Source of the DNA: a virus
Lineage: Duplodnaviria > Caudoviricetes
DNA length: 26,043 bases
Strand: one strand, 5' to 3'
Virus record (IMG/VR): IMGVR_UViG_3300025280_000143
Coordinates: 1-26,043 of that record
In this document: positions 8,825 to 17,714 of the stretch, piece after piece
Numbering within the stretch: position 1 is the first letter of the stretch
Layout: every line of letters starts with the position of its first letter
Notes under the pieces: model-generated
What the model was told of the DNA's origin: nothing
Database searches by the model: none
The model's input: only the letters and a program-made list of their open reading frames with translations
Program-made: the position numbers and the translations under genes

Positions 8825-9496
8825 GGAAATGGAACGCTAACACAGGCGAGTTCGTCAAACAAAAAGTGCTGAACCTATACGCGGGCATCGGTGGTAACCG
8901 CCGCCTTTGGGGTGACGACTACGAAGTCACAGCCGTTGAGTACGACCCCGACATCGCCGCAGTCTATCAAGCGCACTTCCCTAACGATGAAGTGGTGATA
9001 GGTGACGCGGTTGAGTATGTCCTTGAACACTACAAGGATTTTGATTTCATTTGGGCAAGCCCACCATGCCCTACACATAGCCAATACAGATACTATGTTG
9101 GCGTGAAAGGTAAAGGGTTTGACCCTGTGATACCCGACATGACTTCACTCTACGGGCTTATCATTTTCCTCAAGCATCACTACGAAGGTAAGTGGGTAGT
9201 GGAGAATGTTCGCCCGTATTACGAACCGCTGATACCTGCGCAGAAGGTGGGTCGGCACTATGTTTGGGCCAACTTTGACATACCCGCTATCAAAAGCGAG
9301 CCTTCGCTCATCGGCAGGCGCAACAAGATAAGCGAGATGGAAGAGGCTATGGGTTACGACCTATCGTCATTCAAAATACCTAACAAGCGACAGATTCTGC
9401 GCAATTGCGTGGATGGTGAACTCGGTTTGCATATACTCAAGGCTGCACTCTTGGAGGTGGTAGCGTGAGAAAATGGAACGCTACCACAGGCGAGTT
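8819..9496 (+). repeat. 34-bp direct repeat flanking the methyltransferase gene
   Basis: GCGTGAGGAAATGGAACGCTAACACAGGCGAGTT (8819-8852) versus GCGTGAGAAAATGGAACGCTACCACAGGCGAGTT (9463-9496), 2 mismatches. Confidence 0.9.
8821..9468 (+). CDS. Short C5-cytosine DNA methyltransferase
   Basis: Motif I LNLYAGIGG, AVEYD, catalytic WASPPC, motif VI VVENV, C-terminal LRNCV (motif X-like). Confidence 0.88.
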   Translation: MRKWNANTGEFVKQKVLNLYAGIGGNRRLWGDDYEVTAVEYDPDIAAVYQAHFPNDEVVIGDAVEYVLEHYKDFDFIWASPPCPTHSQYRYYVGVKGKGFDPVIPDMTSLYGLIIFLKHHYEGKWVVENVRPYYEPLIPAQKVGRHYVWANFDIPAIKSEPSLIGRRNKISEMEEAMGYDLSSFKIPNKRQILRNCVDGELGLHILKAALLEVVA

Positions 9497-9914
9497 TGAA
9501 GAGGTGGGGCACGAAGCGGCCGGAAAACTGGCGATGAGAGATAACCAAGTGAAATCTATGGAGGTAATGCCTCGCGCCCCGTCTCCCCCGAAGGGAGAGA
9601 ATGCCAAGAACCCTTCGGCTGACGACATAGACATACTCAGCCTACTACCTTCGCATATTGAATACGACTCAGACGAGTTCCCTCGCACCATCCCCGAAGC
9701 GGAGGCACGCATTCTCGCAAGCCTCGCAGTAGAGTGCATTTCATCCGATTTACTACACAAATCGCCGTATTCAGCGTACCAACAATGGACAACGGCGCAA
9801 CAACAACGCTTCCGCAAGGCTGAAAACAAAGTAGCCCTTCGCTTACTTCGGTTGGCAGGTATTAAACACCCTGCGCCGGAGGGAGACGAACACGAGCGAG
9901 CAAGAGAATCATGA
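9465..9914 (+). CDS. Hypothetical protein sharing the MRKWNAxTGEF N-terminus with the methyltransferase
   Basis: GTGA overlap, RBS GGAGGTGG. Confidence 0.8.
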   Translation: MRKWNATTGEFEEVGHEAAGKLAMRDNQVKSMEVMPRAPSPPKGENAKNPSADDIDILSLLPSHIEYDSDEFPRTIPEAEARILASLAVECISSDLLHKSPYSAYQQWTTAQQQRFRKAENKVALRLLRLAGIKHPAPEGDEHERARES

Positions 9915-10224
9915 AGAGACGATACACCCATGCAACATAGATGCAGAAGGGTTTTGGAAAGCGACAACGGGGCATCGGGAACCCGTTATCGGTCAGCAAT
10001 TTGACACACCCGAAGGTACGGAGTGGCGTACCGAAGAGATACGATTCATTAGCGCTGCGCATGAACACATTGACGAGTGCGAGAGTTGTGGGTCGGGCGT
10101 ACCTATCAGCGCTCTCATGCTTGAAGGCGTAGCGCATCAGATATATCCATGCTGTTCATGCGGGCTTTTTGTGTGGCTTGAGAGGGCGCAGGTTCCCCCC
10201 GAAGTCGTGGAGGAATACACATGA
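9892..10224 (+). CDS. Zn-ribbon protein of about 110 aa lacking a canonical start (ACG start, mutated start or frameshift fusion)
   Basis: Frame is open 9835-10224 with CESC...CCSC and ends in an ATGA overlap with 10221. No ATG/GTG/TTG occurs before 10117. The ACG at 9892 follows GGAGGGAG. Confidence 0.7.
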   Translation, partial: TSEQENHEETIHPCNIDAEGFWKATTGHREPVIGQQFDTPEGTEWRTEEIRFISAAHEHIDECESCGSGVPISALMLEGVAHQIYPCCSCGLFVWLERAQVPPEVVEEYT

Positions 10225-10904
10225 TGACATGGGAACCATCAGAAGACGATGTTAGTTGGACACGCGAACAATTAGATTCGCTTGCTATTGATGACACTTG
10301 GAACACAGGTGATATGCAATATCAACGCACAGGTGAAACAGAACTCACATTAATTAGTCGTGCAGAGCGTGCAGAACTCGCACATGGACGGGTCTTAACG
10401 GTATTAAGCGCCCTTGAATGGTCTTGCGTAGATGACGCGGCTACCATTACATCAGACGACCCGATAGAACAGTTACAACAGGCACAAGAGAACGCTCAGT
10501 CGTGGGAATGCCCCGCAGAAGGATGCGATACAACGCTCGTTGATTGTAACCTTAACGATATGGAATGGGAGAACGGGGGAATGTTCCCCGCTATGTCGCC
10601 CGATGGTATAGAGACTGAGGCGGAACGCTGGTTTGTTAATCTAAAATGCGTGGGGTGTAGCGAGATTATCAAAATGAACCCGCTTGACTACGCGTTACTC
10701 GCAGGTGATGACCTGTTTCATACTTACAAAGCGGGTGAATGGGTCTACGAAGTGCTGTCCCGTGAACGCATGATTGAATTAATAGATAGCGGGGGAGAGG
10801 GTATAGCGCTCGGTACTAAAGACTTAGACGGGAATACTTTACCACCGCACCTTCAAGGAACATACTGCACCGCTTCAATTTTACCTGTATCAGAAGAAGA
10901 ATGA
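10221..10904 (+). CDS. Acidic hypothetical protein with probable Zn-binding cysteines
   Basis: RBS GGAGG. WEPSEDDVSW N-terminus, CPAEGC...CVGC. Confidence 0.8.
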   Translation: MMTWEPSEDDVSWTREQLDSLAIDDTWNTGDMQYQRTGETELTLISRAERAELAHGRVLTVLSALEWSCVDDAATITSDDPIEQLQQAQENAQSWECPAEGCDTTLVDCNLNDMEWENGGMFPAMSPDGIETEAERWFVNLKCVGCSEIIKMNPLDYALLAGDDLFHTYKAGEWVYEVLSRERMIELIDSGGEGIALGTKDLDGNTLPPHLQGTYCTASILPVSEEE

Positions 10905-10909
10905 GGCAC

Positions 10910-10929
10910 TGCTACCATTTTTGGTGGCA
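10910..10929 (+). terminator. Small hairpin with oligo-T loop at the end of a gene run
   Basis: TGCTACCA-TTTT-TGGTGGCA directly after the stop at 10904 and before promoter copy 2. Confidence 0.4.
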
Positions 10930-10937
10930 AAAAGAGG

Positions 10938-10965
10938 GGTTCAGTACTTAAAGCAATCACCACTA
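10938..10965 (+). promoter_or_regulatory. Conserved viral promoter-like element, copy 2
   Basis: GGTTCAGTACTTAAAGCAATCACCACTA in the intergenic gap before 11014. Confidence 0.8.
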
Positions 10966-11013
10966 TCGGAGATTCAACCGGCCAAACTAAAGAGCCGTAC
11001 TTGAGGAACCGAA

Positions 11014-12987
11014 ATGGAACAGATAGAGCGAGTGGTCGTCTTTGGACGACCCGAAGGAACGAATGATACAGCAGTGCGAATAGCGTACGAGGCTGCGAAT
11101 GGAGAGCATCGGGTATATGTCCCGAAGCAGGCCATACAGTCTCGCATTATTTGCGCTGACGGAGAACGAACAGCATACACGATGCAACAGTGTGAGATAG
11201 ACGGTAATGTCTTTGACCCTGCGCTTGTGTTTAGTGGGGAACTATCCCCGTTGCCACCCACGAACCCTAACGATATAGAGTTCGTAGATGCAGTAGAGCA
11301 AGGAGTACAGGAAGCAAACCTGCGCCACCTTGTGAAGGAGCAGAAGGAGAGCAACGAGGCAAAGGCCACAGGAATACAGCAAGCGGCACAGGAATCAGTC
11401 GGGAACATTGTACCACCGCTATCGGCGGCGCTACCACCAATCGTTGAAGACATTGATGATGAGGGAGAGATACCCGAACTTGTCTTAGACGAGGAGAACA
11501 TCGCGAGTGGCTACACACCGGAGACAGGCAACGAGGGCATAGTCACTGCGACAGTCATCACACCTCCAACAGTGGTGGACATTGACAGTGATGAGAACGA
11601 TGACAGCGTGCCTGCTTTTGCACCGACACATGTCCCCGGTATAGTGGAGACAGATGTTAAGGGTGAGAGCAAGAAAATCATAGACAGTGCATGGGGCGGC
11701 GCGCTCCTTGCCGGCGGTCGTGACAGGGCAGTAGTACCGTGGAGATTTATCCCACAGAAGGTGCCGGGTTACATCATGATACAAGCGGACGAAGAGTCGG
11801 GAGCAGTTCCCGTGAAGGTCGTTAATCACAACGGTAAGCCAACAGCATATCACATCATGAACCCCGAACTTGCTACAGACAAGATGCCGGGCGGCGCGTG
11901 CTTAGGTACAGTGAGCGATTCATACTGCTTGCTACCACACACAACTGTCTTTGACCCTATCATGAAGTACGCAGACCAACATGACCTCAAAACTCATGTC
12001 ACTTCGTACAATCAAGGGGCTAAGGCTCGTCTTGACATTGATGTATCACAAGCAGCACAGTCTCGTAAGATTGCGGCTGAGCGCAACAAGGCGGCAGGTC
12101 ACAAGTGGCTTGACACCAGCGCGTTCGGCAACATGATTGACAAACTTGATGGTATTTACAAGTACGGCTTCGCTATCCACAACAGCGTTGATGGTAGCGG
12201 CGCGCTGTCTGTCCAAGCACAGGCACTTCGTGTCTACTGTAACAACCTCGCAAGCATGGGCGGCATTGACACAATACTTCGCATGCGTCACAAGAACGGC
12301 GTAATGGCTGACATTGATTGGGACAAGTTCGGCGAGACTATCGTTGACGCTACTGCGGAGATTCAGCAGTGGCTCGTGAACCAAGAACTCATGGCACACC
12401 TACCTCTTGATGTGCAACTGTTTGACAAACTTACAGTCGCGGCAGACAAGTTGAACATTCTCTCACTACCAACCGTCAAGGTTGACGAGAACAAGAATGC
12501 AACATTCCAGCGAGGTCACCTATGGAGAGTCGTTGGTAGCGGGTTCGTTAATCCAGCAACAGGAGCAAGCGGTCACGACCAACCATTCGTGAAGGTAACA
12601 CAAGAGCAGAAAGGCTCAGTGTATCACGCTATGCAGTCTTTCACCGGAGCACTTACACACAAACCGGAGTGGACAAGCGCTGATGGTAAGCAGAAGATGG
12701 CGGGTAATTCCCTGTCTATTGACGGCACTACCAAGAAACTACAGCAGACCAACAACCTATTCATGGGTATCTGTAACAGCGCTTACGAAGCATACATGGA
12801 AGCGACAGGTGCAACTGAAATCGGCGAAGCAGACCTACCAAAGGTCGCGCAGTTCATTCAAGAGAACACCGTCTATGATGACAAGGGTAACATCATCTCG
12901 TCACCATTGAAGGTCGGTCTTGGCAAGAACCAAATGAAAGCACTACACGAAATCCCAACAGTGGAGGAAACATTACTCCTCGCTTGA
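11014..12987 (+). CDS. DUF932/TIGR03299-like protein with long acidic N-terminal extension
   Basis: LGTVSDSYCLLPH and IHNSVDGSGAL...LRVYCNN...RMRH match the DUF932 signature (lgxVsxxY, NShDGs, RxvCxN, xRH). Confidence 0.75.
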   Translation: MEQIERVVVFGRPEGTNDTAVRIAYEAANGEHRVYVPKQAIQSRIICADGERTAYTMQQCEIDGNVFDPALVFSGELSPLPPTNPNDIEFVDAVEQGVQEANLRHLVKEQKESNEAKATGIQQAAQESVGNIVPPLSAALPPIVEDIDDEGEIPELVLDEENIASGYTPETGNEGIVTATVITPPTVVDIDSDENDDSVPAFAPTHVPGIVETDVKGESKKIIDSAWGGALLAGGRDRAVVPWRFIPQKVPGYIMIQADEESGAVPVKVVNHNGKPTAYHIMNPELATDKMPGGACLGTVSDSYCLLPHTTVFDPIMKYADQHDLKTHVTSYNQGAKARLDIDVSQAAQSRKIAAERNKAAGHKWLDTSAFGNMIDKLDGIYKYGFAIHNSVDGSGALSVQAQALRVYCNNLASMGGIDTILRMRHKNGVMADIDWDKFGETIVDATAEIQQWLVNQELMAHLPLDVQLFDKLTVAADKLNILSLPTVKVDENKNATFQRGHLWRVVGSGFVNPATGASGHDQPFVKVTQEQKGSVYHAMQSFTGALTHKPEWTSADGKQKMAGNSLSIDGTTKKLQQTNNLFMGICNSAYEAYMEATGATEIGEADLPKVAQFIQENTVYDDKGNIISSPLKVGLGKNQMKALHEIPTVEETLLLA

Positions 12988-13007
12988 GGGGTAAAACAAA
13001 GGAGAGC

Positions 13008-13035
13008 GGGTGGGGGGCTTCGCGGCCCCTCGCCT
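13008..13035 (+). other. GC-rich intergenic hairpin
   Basis: GGGTGGGGGGCT-TCGC-GGCCCCTCGCCT, 12 bp with 4 G-U pairs and no U-tract. Confidence 0.6.
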
Positions 13036-13057
13036 CAACTCACAAGGAGAGATAACT

Positions 13058-13336
13058 ATGGAAACAGAATTAGAGACTATGAGAACGGATAAAGGAACGG
13101 AACCAAACAGGAACAGTGGCGGCACATCAAACACAACGAATATGTTTGATGTGTGTGACAAAGCATTCATCGCTTTGGGTGCGCAATTTCCTACAGGGAA
13201 ATACAAAACCCACGATGGAACTGTGTGGTTCACAGTGGAATATATTTGTGTAACTAAGCCGCAAAAGGTGGAGTTGGTATGGACATTCTTCGCGAAGAAT
13301 AACAAAGATATGGCATACTTGGTGGTGGACGAATGA
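13058..13336 (+). CDS. Hypothetical protein
   Basis: Start reassigned to the ATG at 13058 after AAGGAGA. ATGA overlap with the next gene. Confidence 0.7.
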   Translation: METELETMRTDKGTEPNRNSGGTSNTTNMFDVCDKAFIALGAQFPTGKYKTHDGTVWFTVEYICVTKPQKVELVWTFFAKNNKDMAYLVVDE

Positions 13337-13734
13337 GTTACGATTATATTGATAACGATACACACAAAGCACCTCAGCCACACGAATTAGTGGAGAGGCG
13401 AAGACTCAAGTGGTTCCCCGCGGAATCACAACAACTCATCAAGGAAGTGAAGAGTGGTATGTCTGTTGAAGAGATGGCGGAAAAGCATGGGCGCAGTGTA
13501 GCGTCCATCAAATCAAGGCTGTACAGATTAGACCGCGAAGGTTCTATTGAATGGGTAACACGCCGTAACAAAGCACCATCCGAACGAGCGACCCAACCAT
13601 ACACAACACCAACACCAACACCGGGCATCAACATCATGCACGAGGTAACAAAACTCGTCACCCTCAATAGGGTGGTAAAGGATTTCCTCAACGGTGACGC
13701 TACCCTTGACGACCTCAAGGAGGCGAGCGAATGA
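13333..13734 (+). CDS. Myb/GcrA-like helix-turn-helix protein
   Basis: KWFPAESQQLIKEVKSGMSVEEMAEKHGRSVASIKSRLYRL. Confidence 0.75.
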   Translation: MSYDYIDNDTHKAPQPHELVERRRLKWFPAESQQLIKEVKSGMSVEEMAEKHGRSVASIKSRLYRLDREGSIEWVTRRNKAPSERATQPYTTPTPTPGINIMHEVTKLVTLNRVVKDFLNGDATLDDLKEASE

Positions 13735-14108
13735 ACATGAATACAGATGGAGTGAAACTACCCAACGGCGAGTGTCCGTGTGACGGTGGGGAATGTTCCG
13801 GCGCGTTCGGTTGGGTATGGAAGACGAGCGACCTCGGTCACTCAAACCACAGGGGTAAGATGTGGGCAACAATTTGTCCTTCGTGGAACAAGACCGAGAT
13901 GGCGTGGAATACTGAGACAGGCGAGTTTGCTAAGCAGCGCGTTGAGCCTGCGCCACCACCGGGAATTGAGGGTGACTTCAACAGGTACCGCCAATACAAT
14001 TGGGACAACATAGCGCAGTCAAAGATGGATTCAAAGATGAACAACGCACAAGAGCATGGTAAAGGCGCTGACGAAGGCACACACATAGACCACAAGGAGG
14101 TGCAGTGA
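13731..14108 (+). CDS. Cys-containing hypothetical protein with internal WNTETGEF motif
   Basis: ATGA overlap. CPCDGGEC...ICP. Confidence 0.75.
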   Translation: MNMNTDGVKLPNGECPCDGGECSGAFGWVWKTSDLGHSNHRGKMWATICPSWNKTEMAWNTETGEFAKQRVEPAPPPGIEGDFNRYRQYNWDNIAQSKMDSKMNNAQEHGKGADEGTHIDHKEVQ

Positions 14109-14978
14109 ATGAGTAACATACTACCACCAATCGCTCCTTCTGATGACGACCAACCCAAAGACTACGGGCAATTCACCATCGGGCAAGTTCCCGCGCAGGG
14201 CATTGAAGTTGGGTTTGATAGCGGTACTAACCAATGGTGGTATCGCATAGAGACACCTATACTACGGCGCGTCATTGATTTGTTAGGTTGCCTTGTTGAC
14301 GAGGCAGCCTTTTACTTCACAGATGTTGGGTTCTATTGTCGCGTAGTAGACCCAAGTCATGTCGCTATGTTAGGAATACAGACACCCGGTTGTGTAGACA
14401 GCGGAGGTAACAATAAATCAGACATGGGCTACGAAGAGATGATGGGCATTGAGTTGGGTAAGTTGGCTAAGTGTATTGACAAAACCGAATCGCATATCAC
14501 TATCGTAGTGGAATCAGATACAGGTAAATTGCGTATCGTGAACGACAACTGCGAGTCAATGCTTAGAGGGCTTGACAGACAGAATGTGCAAGTACCGAAC
14601 ATACCCGACTTTACTGGTAAGGAAATGACAACCTTTGAGATAGACAGTATCACTTGGCTTAAGTCATGCAAACGCATGGACGATGTAGCAGACCTCATCA
14701 CTTTGAGAACGAGAGAGAACGGTGTGTATTGGACAACTGGGGGAGAGTCATTCTCAAGAGAGTACAAACTAACAGACACATACACAGGCGAAGAGATTGC
14801 CGCTCAATACAGCAACCAATATGTGTTGGGTCTCGCGAAGAAACAACCAATCACTAAGAAAAACCACACGACCTTCAAGGTATCATTCGGGGAAAATTAC
14901 CCGCTACTCATAGAGAGCATAGACGACATGGTGAATTGGCAATACTTCCTTGCGCCACGGATTGAAGGTGATGCTTGA
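14109..14978 (+). CDS. pcn: PCNA sliding clamp (archaeal type) with N-terminal extension
   Basis: LVDEAAFYF...VVDPSHVAML, MGIELGKL, YSNQY, SFGENYPL and C-terminal YFLAPRIE. Confidence 0.92.
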   Translation: MSNILPPIAPSDDDQPKDYGQFTIGQVPAQGIEVGFDSGTNQWWYRIETPILRRVIDLLGCLVDEAAFYFTDVGFYCRVVDPSHVAMLGIQTPGCVDSGGNNKSDMGYEEMMGIELGKLAKCIDKTESHITIVVESDTGKLRIVNDNCESMLRGLDRQNVQVPNIPDFTGKEMTTFEIDSITWLKSCKRMDDVADLITLRTRENGVYWTTGGESFSREYKLTDTYTGEEIAAQYSNQYVLGLAKKQPITKKNHTTFKVSFGENYPLLIESIDDMVNWQYFLAPRIEGDA

Positions 14979-15490
14979 TGGGTCAGTTCTCATGGCTTTG
15001 TGCTGACTGCGGTCAGCAAATCCTTAGCGGAGGTAGCGACTTTGAATGCTTCAAGTGCGAGGAGCAGTATTATGGCGTGGAAAGAGTAGCGCTTCTGATG
15101 CCCGAAGAGTTCGGTGGTGAGCATTTTGAAGAGGGTAACTACGAGGGCTACGGTGAGTTCGGTGGTATGGATGCTTTCGCTCTATTAGCGCGAATGAACG
15201 CACCCGAGAAATGCCTTTCTATGCTAACACCAACAGGTAGAGTCAAGACAGGTCAGTCTTTCATAGACGCTCTCATTGACTGTGACGAGAAGACTATGGG
15301 TAGCGAGAGGGGCATTGGGATATACCTTAAGGGTGAAATCAAATACCCTATCAAAATTGTCCACGCGCGTTGCGGCATTGGCAGTTACGAGTACGAAGAG
15401 GCATCGGAAGATGACCCCGAGCAAGGTTGGCAGACCAACAGGCGTGAAGAGGGTTCTCTAACTCTCTGTGATGATTGCGGGGATTGGTGA
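14975..15490 (+). CDS. Phage-type hypothetical protein with Zn-binding cysteines
   Basis: MGQFSWLCADC...CFKC, YEGYGEFGGMD. Confidence 0.8.
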   Translation: MMGQFSWLCADCGQQILSGGSDFECFKCEEQYYGVERVALLMPEEFGGEHFEEGNYEGYGEFGGMDAFALLARMNAPEKCLSMLTPTGRVKTGQSFIDALIDCDEKTMGSERGIGIYLKGEIKYPIKIVHARCGIGSYEYEEASEDDPEQGWQTNRREEGSLTLCDDCGDW

Positions 15491-15494
15491 TTTC

Positions 15495-15692
15495 ATGAGT
15501 GATGACGATAGAATAATGATTATGTGGAGCGTTGAAGATGTGCTGACTGTGAGGCCCAACCTTACACGCGACCAAGCGAGAGAAGTTCTACACATGGTTA
15601 AGCGAAAGCATGATGCGAGCATAGGTGTCTGTTGGCAAACACTTGAAATACACGCGGATTGGTTATTCCCTTTGAAAGAGGTGAGCGAATGA
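15495..15692 (+). CDS. Small phage-type hypothetical protein
   Basis: ATG at 15495 after GGTGA. WSVEDV..RPNLT..QAREVL...HDASIGVCW. Confidence 0.8.
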   Translation: MSDDDRIMIMWSVEDVLTVRPNLTRDQAREVLHMVKRKHDASIGVCWQTLEIHADWLFPLKEVSE

Positions 15693-16303
15693 GCGATACA
15701 TCATTCCCTCGTTGTGTGAGATGCGACATTCGGAATACGCACATGAACTTTGATAATGAGGTGTGTGACGATTGTCTCACCCCATACGAAGGGAGACGCA
15801 TGGAAGAGAACATGGTACTCGCTGACTTCTATGACAGGTCACGCCAAATCATCGCTGGCCTATTGGGAATCATTAGACAGGAAGTGTACCCTGCTATGAA
15901 CAGGGTACCAAAGTTAGACCAATGGTTCATTGAGACAGCGGAGTTTGAAGTGGGAGACCTACGAGACGACATCGCGAAAGGTCTCACGCCGGGAAGATAC
16001 AGGCCACAGGAGTTCACTCGCAAAGCGTTGGAGGCTCAAGGGCGAAAGCGCAGGGCAGATATAGTGAAGATGGTGGAAGGCATGAACGAGCATTGGATTA
16101 AAGAAAGCGGCTACCCTAACCCGACCTACAAAATCGGATGGTTTGAAGACGAGATTGGAATACCATACCCCGAAGGGTGCTACCCCATCACACGGGTAAA
16201 GGCGGAATCAACACCGTTCGTTTTGGTGGACGGTTGGATACGACCTGCGAGCGACACTGAGTCGCAAGTCATTTGGGCACAGATAGAAGAGGTGAGCGAA
16301 TGA
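15689..16303 (+). CDS. Hypothetical protein with N-terminal CxxC-CxxC
   Basis: ATG at 15689 (ATGA overlap, RBS GAGGTGA). Flanked by identical 18-mers. Confidence 0.8.
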   Translation: MSDTSFPRCVRCDIRNTHMNFDNEVCDDCLTPYEGRRMEENMVLADFYDRSRQIIAGLLGIIRQEVYPAMNRVPKLDQWFIETAEFEVGDLRDDIAKGLTPGRYRPQEFTRKALEAQGRKRRADIVKMVEGMNEHWIKESGYPNPTYKIGWFEDEIGIPYPEGCYPITRVKAESTPFVLVDGWIRPASDTESQVIWAQIEEVSE

Positions 16304-16731
16304 GTGAGATAGTGAGAGAGATAATAGACTGTTTATGCACAGAAGAAATGGATTGGCGGGCTATCGCTGAACACTTTGAGTTATGCCACTCTTGCGGCGG
16401 TGTGCCACAAGGGAATGTGTATGGTGATATGCCTTTCATAGAATGCGACCCTAACGATTGCGATGAAGCATTTGAACGAATGTGCGATGACTTCGTGGAT
16501 GAAACAGGTAACGGTAATTCTTTCCGTTGCCTTGTAGGATGGTTGCATGATTTAATAGTAGAGCATGGCGACACAGAAGCATACCTCGCTGATTTAGACC
16601 CCGAGATTTATGAGGACATGCTCAACAGCGAGAACCCGCTTATTAGGTATTTGAACACTTGGAGTAGAGAGATATTGAACTCGTCTATCGTAGACTATTG
16701 GCGTGATGATAGGAAGCGTGATGCACAATGA
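16300..16731 (+). CDS. Acidic Cys-rich hypothetical protein
   Basis: ATG at 16300 (ATGA overlap, RBS GAGGTGA). CHSC...C...C. Confidence 0.8.
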   Translation: MSEIVREIIDCLCTEEMDWRAIAEHFELCHSCGGVPQGNVYGDMPFIECDPNDCDEAFERMCDDFVDETGNGNSFRCLVGWLHDLIVEHGDTEAYLADLDPEIYEDMLNSENPLIRYLNTWSREILNSSIVDYWRDDRKRDAQ

Positions 16732-16952
16732 CTCACTTTCTGAAATGCCGCTACGAAGAGACCTACCCGGACGGTGTGCATATATACACTTTCAAAGGCG
16801 AGTGCGAGGAGACAGGCTTGTCGGTGAGCGTTGAATTGTTTGGGCCGGATTTGTTCAAGTACAATCAAGGAGAACTTATCCAAAAAGCGTTCCCTTACAT
16901 TGACGCTAACCACCGTGAGTGGATGATGACTGGTCGCTTGGGGGGTATTTGA
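16728..16952 (+). CDS. Small hypothetical protein
   Basis: ATGA overlap. GELIQKAFPYIDANHREWMMTG is a phage-type motif. Confidence 0.75.
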   Translation: MTHFLKCRYEETYPDGVHIYTFKGECEETGLSVSVELFGPDLFKYNQGELIQKAFPYIDANHREWMMTGRLGGI

Positions 16953-17150
16953 ATGAGCGAGTCTAAAGACTACTACCAACCTTGTATGTGCAGAGATTGC
17001 GTGTGCCCGGATTGCGGTACGCGCTTCAAGAAAAGCACGAAGTGGAAGTTGAGTTCGGGGAACAAAATCTACAAGGGCAAGGTGTATTTGATACGCAAAT
17101 GCACAGGTTGCGCGAATAACGAATCTATCATGGTAGCGTGGTGCGAATGA
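16953..17150 (+). CDS. Basic Zn-ribbon microprotein
   Basis: CMCRDCVCPDCG...KCTGC. Confidence 0.7.
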   Translation: MSESKDYYQPCMCRDCVCPDCGTRFKKSTKWKLSSGNKIYKGKVYLIRKCTGCANNESIMVAWCE

Positions 17151-17353
17151 GTGGCGTGCCTTGTGATAATAACGGTGAGTATTGGTACTCACGCGCTTAC
17201 TACCCAATCTGTTACTACTGCGGTATAGATGGGGTGGAACTCTATACTATTAGCGAAGTACATGAATGGTGCGAAGCGCACTCAAAGGAACACGGGTGCA
17301 CAGCCATTAGAGTTGAACATGTTATCCATTGGGAGGCTGACGATAATGAGTAA
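17147..17353 (+). CDS. Zn-finger microprotein
   Basis: ATG at 17147 (ATGA overlap). CYYC...H...H. Confidence 0.7.
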   Translation: MSGVPCDNNGEYWYSRAYYPICYYCGIDGVELYTISEVHEWCEAHSKEHGCTAIRVEHVIHWEADDNE

Positions 17354-17714
17354 GGTGAAATACACTCACCCGCTTCGTATCAAAAGGGTACGACACTCAG
17401 CCATGCTTGATACTATGGCGCGTATGTTAGACGAACTCGCTATGCCTTGCTCCACACATGAACTGATAGGTATGTGGCTTGACGATTGGGAGGAGCGCTG
17501 GCGTGAAGCCAAGAGGCTAAACAAAGCCATGCGTAGAGCGCCTCGCAACCAACCTACCACAGTAACAGTCGGTATGCTATTGAGCAACGACCCACGATTC
17601 TATAACACCAACGCAAGCACAACGACAGCGGACGGCACACGAACCAAACCAAGCGGCGGTTCGCAGTGGGTCTTAAAAAGCAACCACCTGTCGGTAACGC
17701 TGGTGGTTGAGTGA
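17346..17714 (+). CDS. Basic, probable winged-helix DNA-binding protein
   Basis: ATG at 17346 after GGAGG. PCSTHELI...PTTVTVGMLLSNDPRF...SQWVL pattern. Confidence 0.55.
   Translation: MSKVKYTHPLRIKRVRHSAMLDTMARMLDELAMPCSTHELIGMWLDDWEERWREAKRLNKAMRRAPRNQPTTVTVGMLLSNDPRFYNTNASTTTADGTRTKPSGGSQWVLKSNHLSVTLVVE

Noticed and set aside
8821-9468. Complete restriction-modification system
   Set aside because: No neighbouring endonuclease is recognisable. The methyltransferase appears to be an orphan.
9941-10132. Listed 63-aa + strand ORF
   Set aside because: The overlapping frame 9892..10224 has Zn-ribbon motifs, typical acidic composition and correct coupling, so it is the better gene.
13602-13623. 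ACACCA short tandem repeat
   Set aside because: It encodes a TTPTPTP linker in the HTH protein and is too short to imply anything more.
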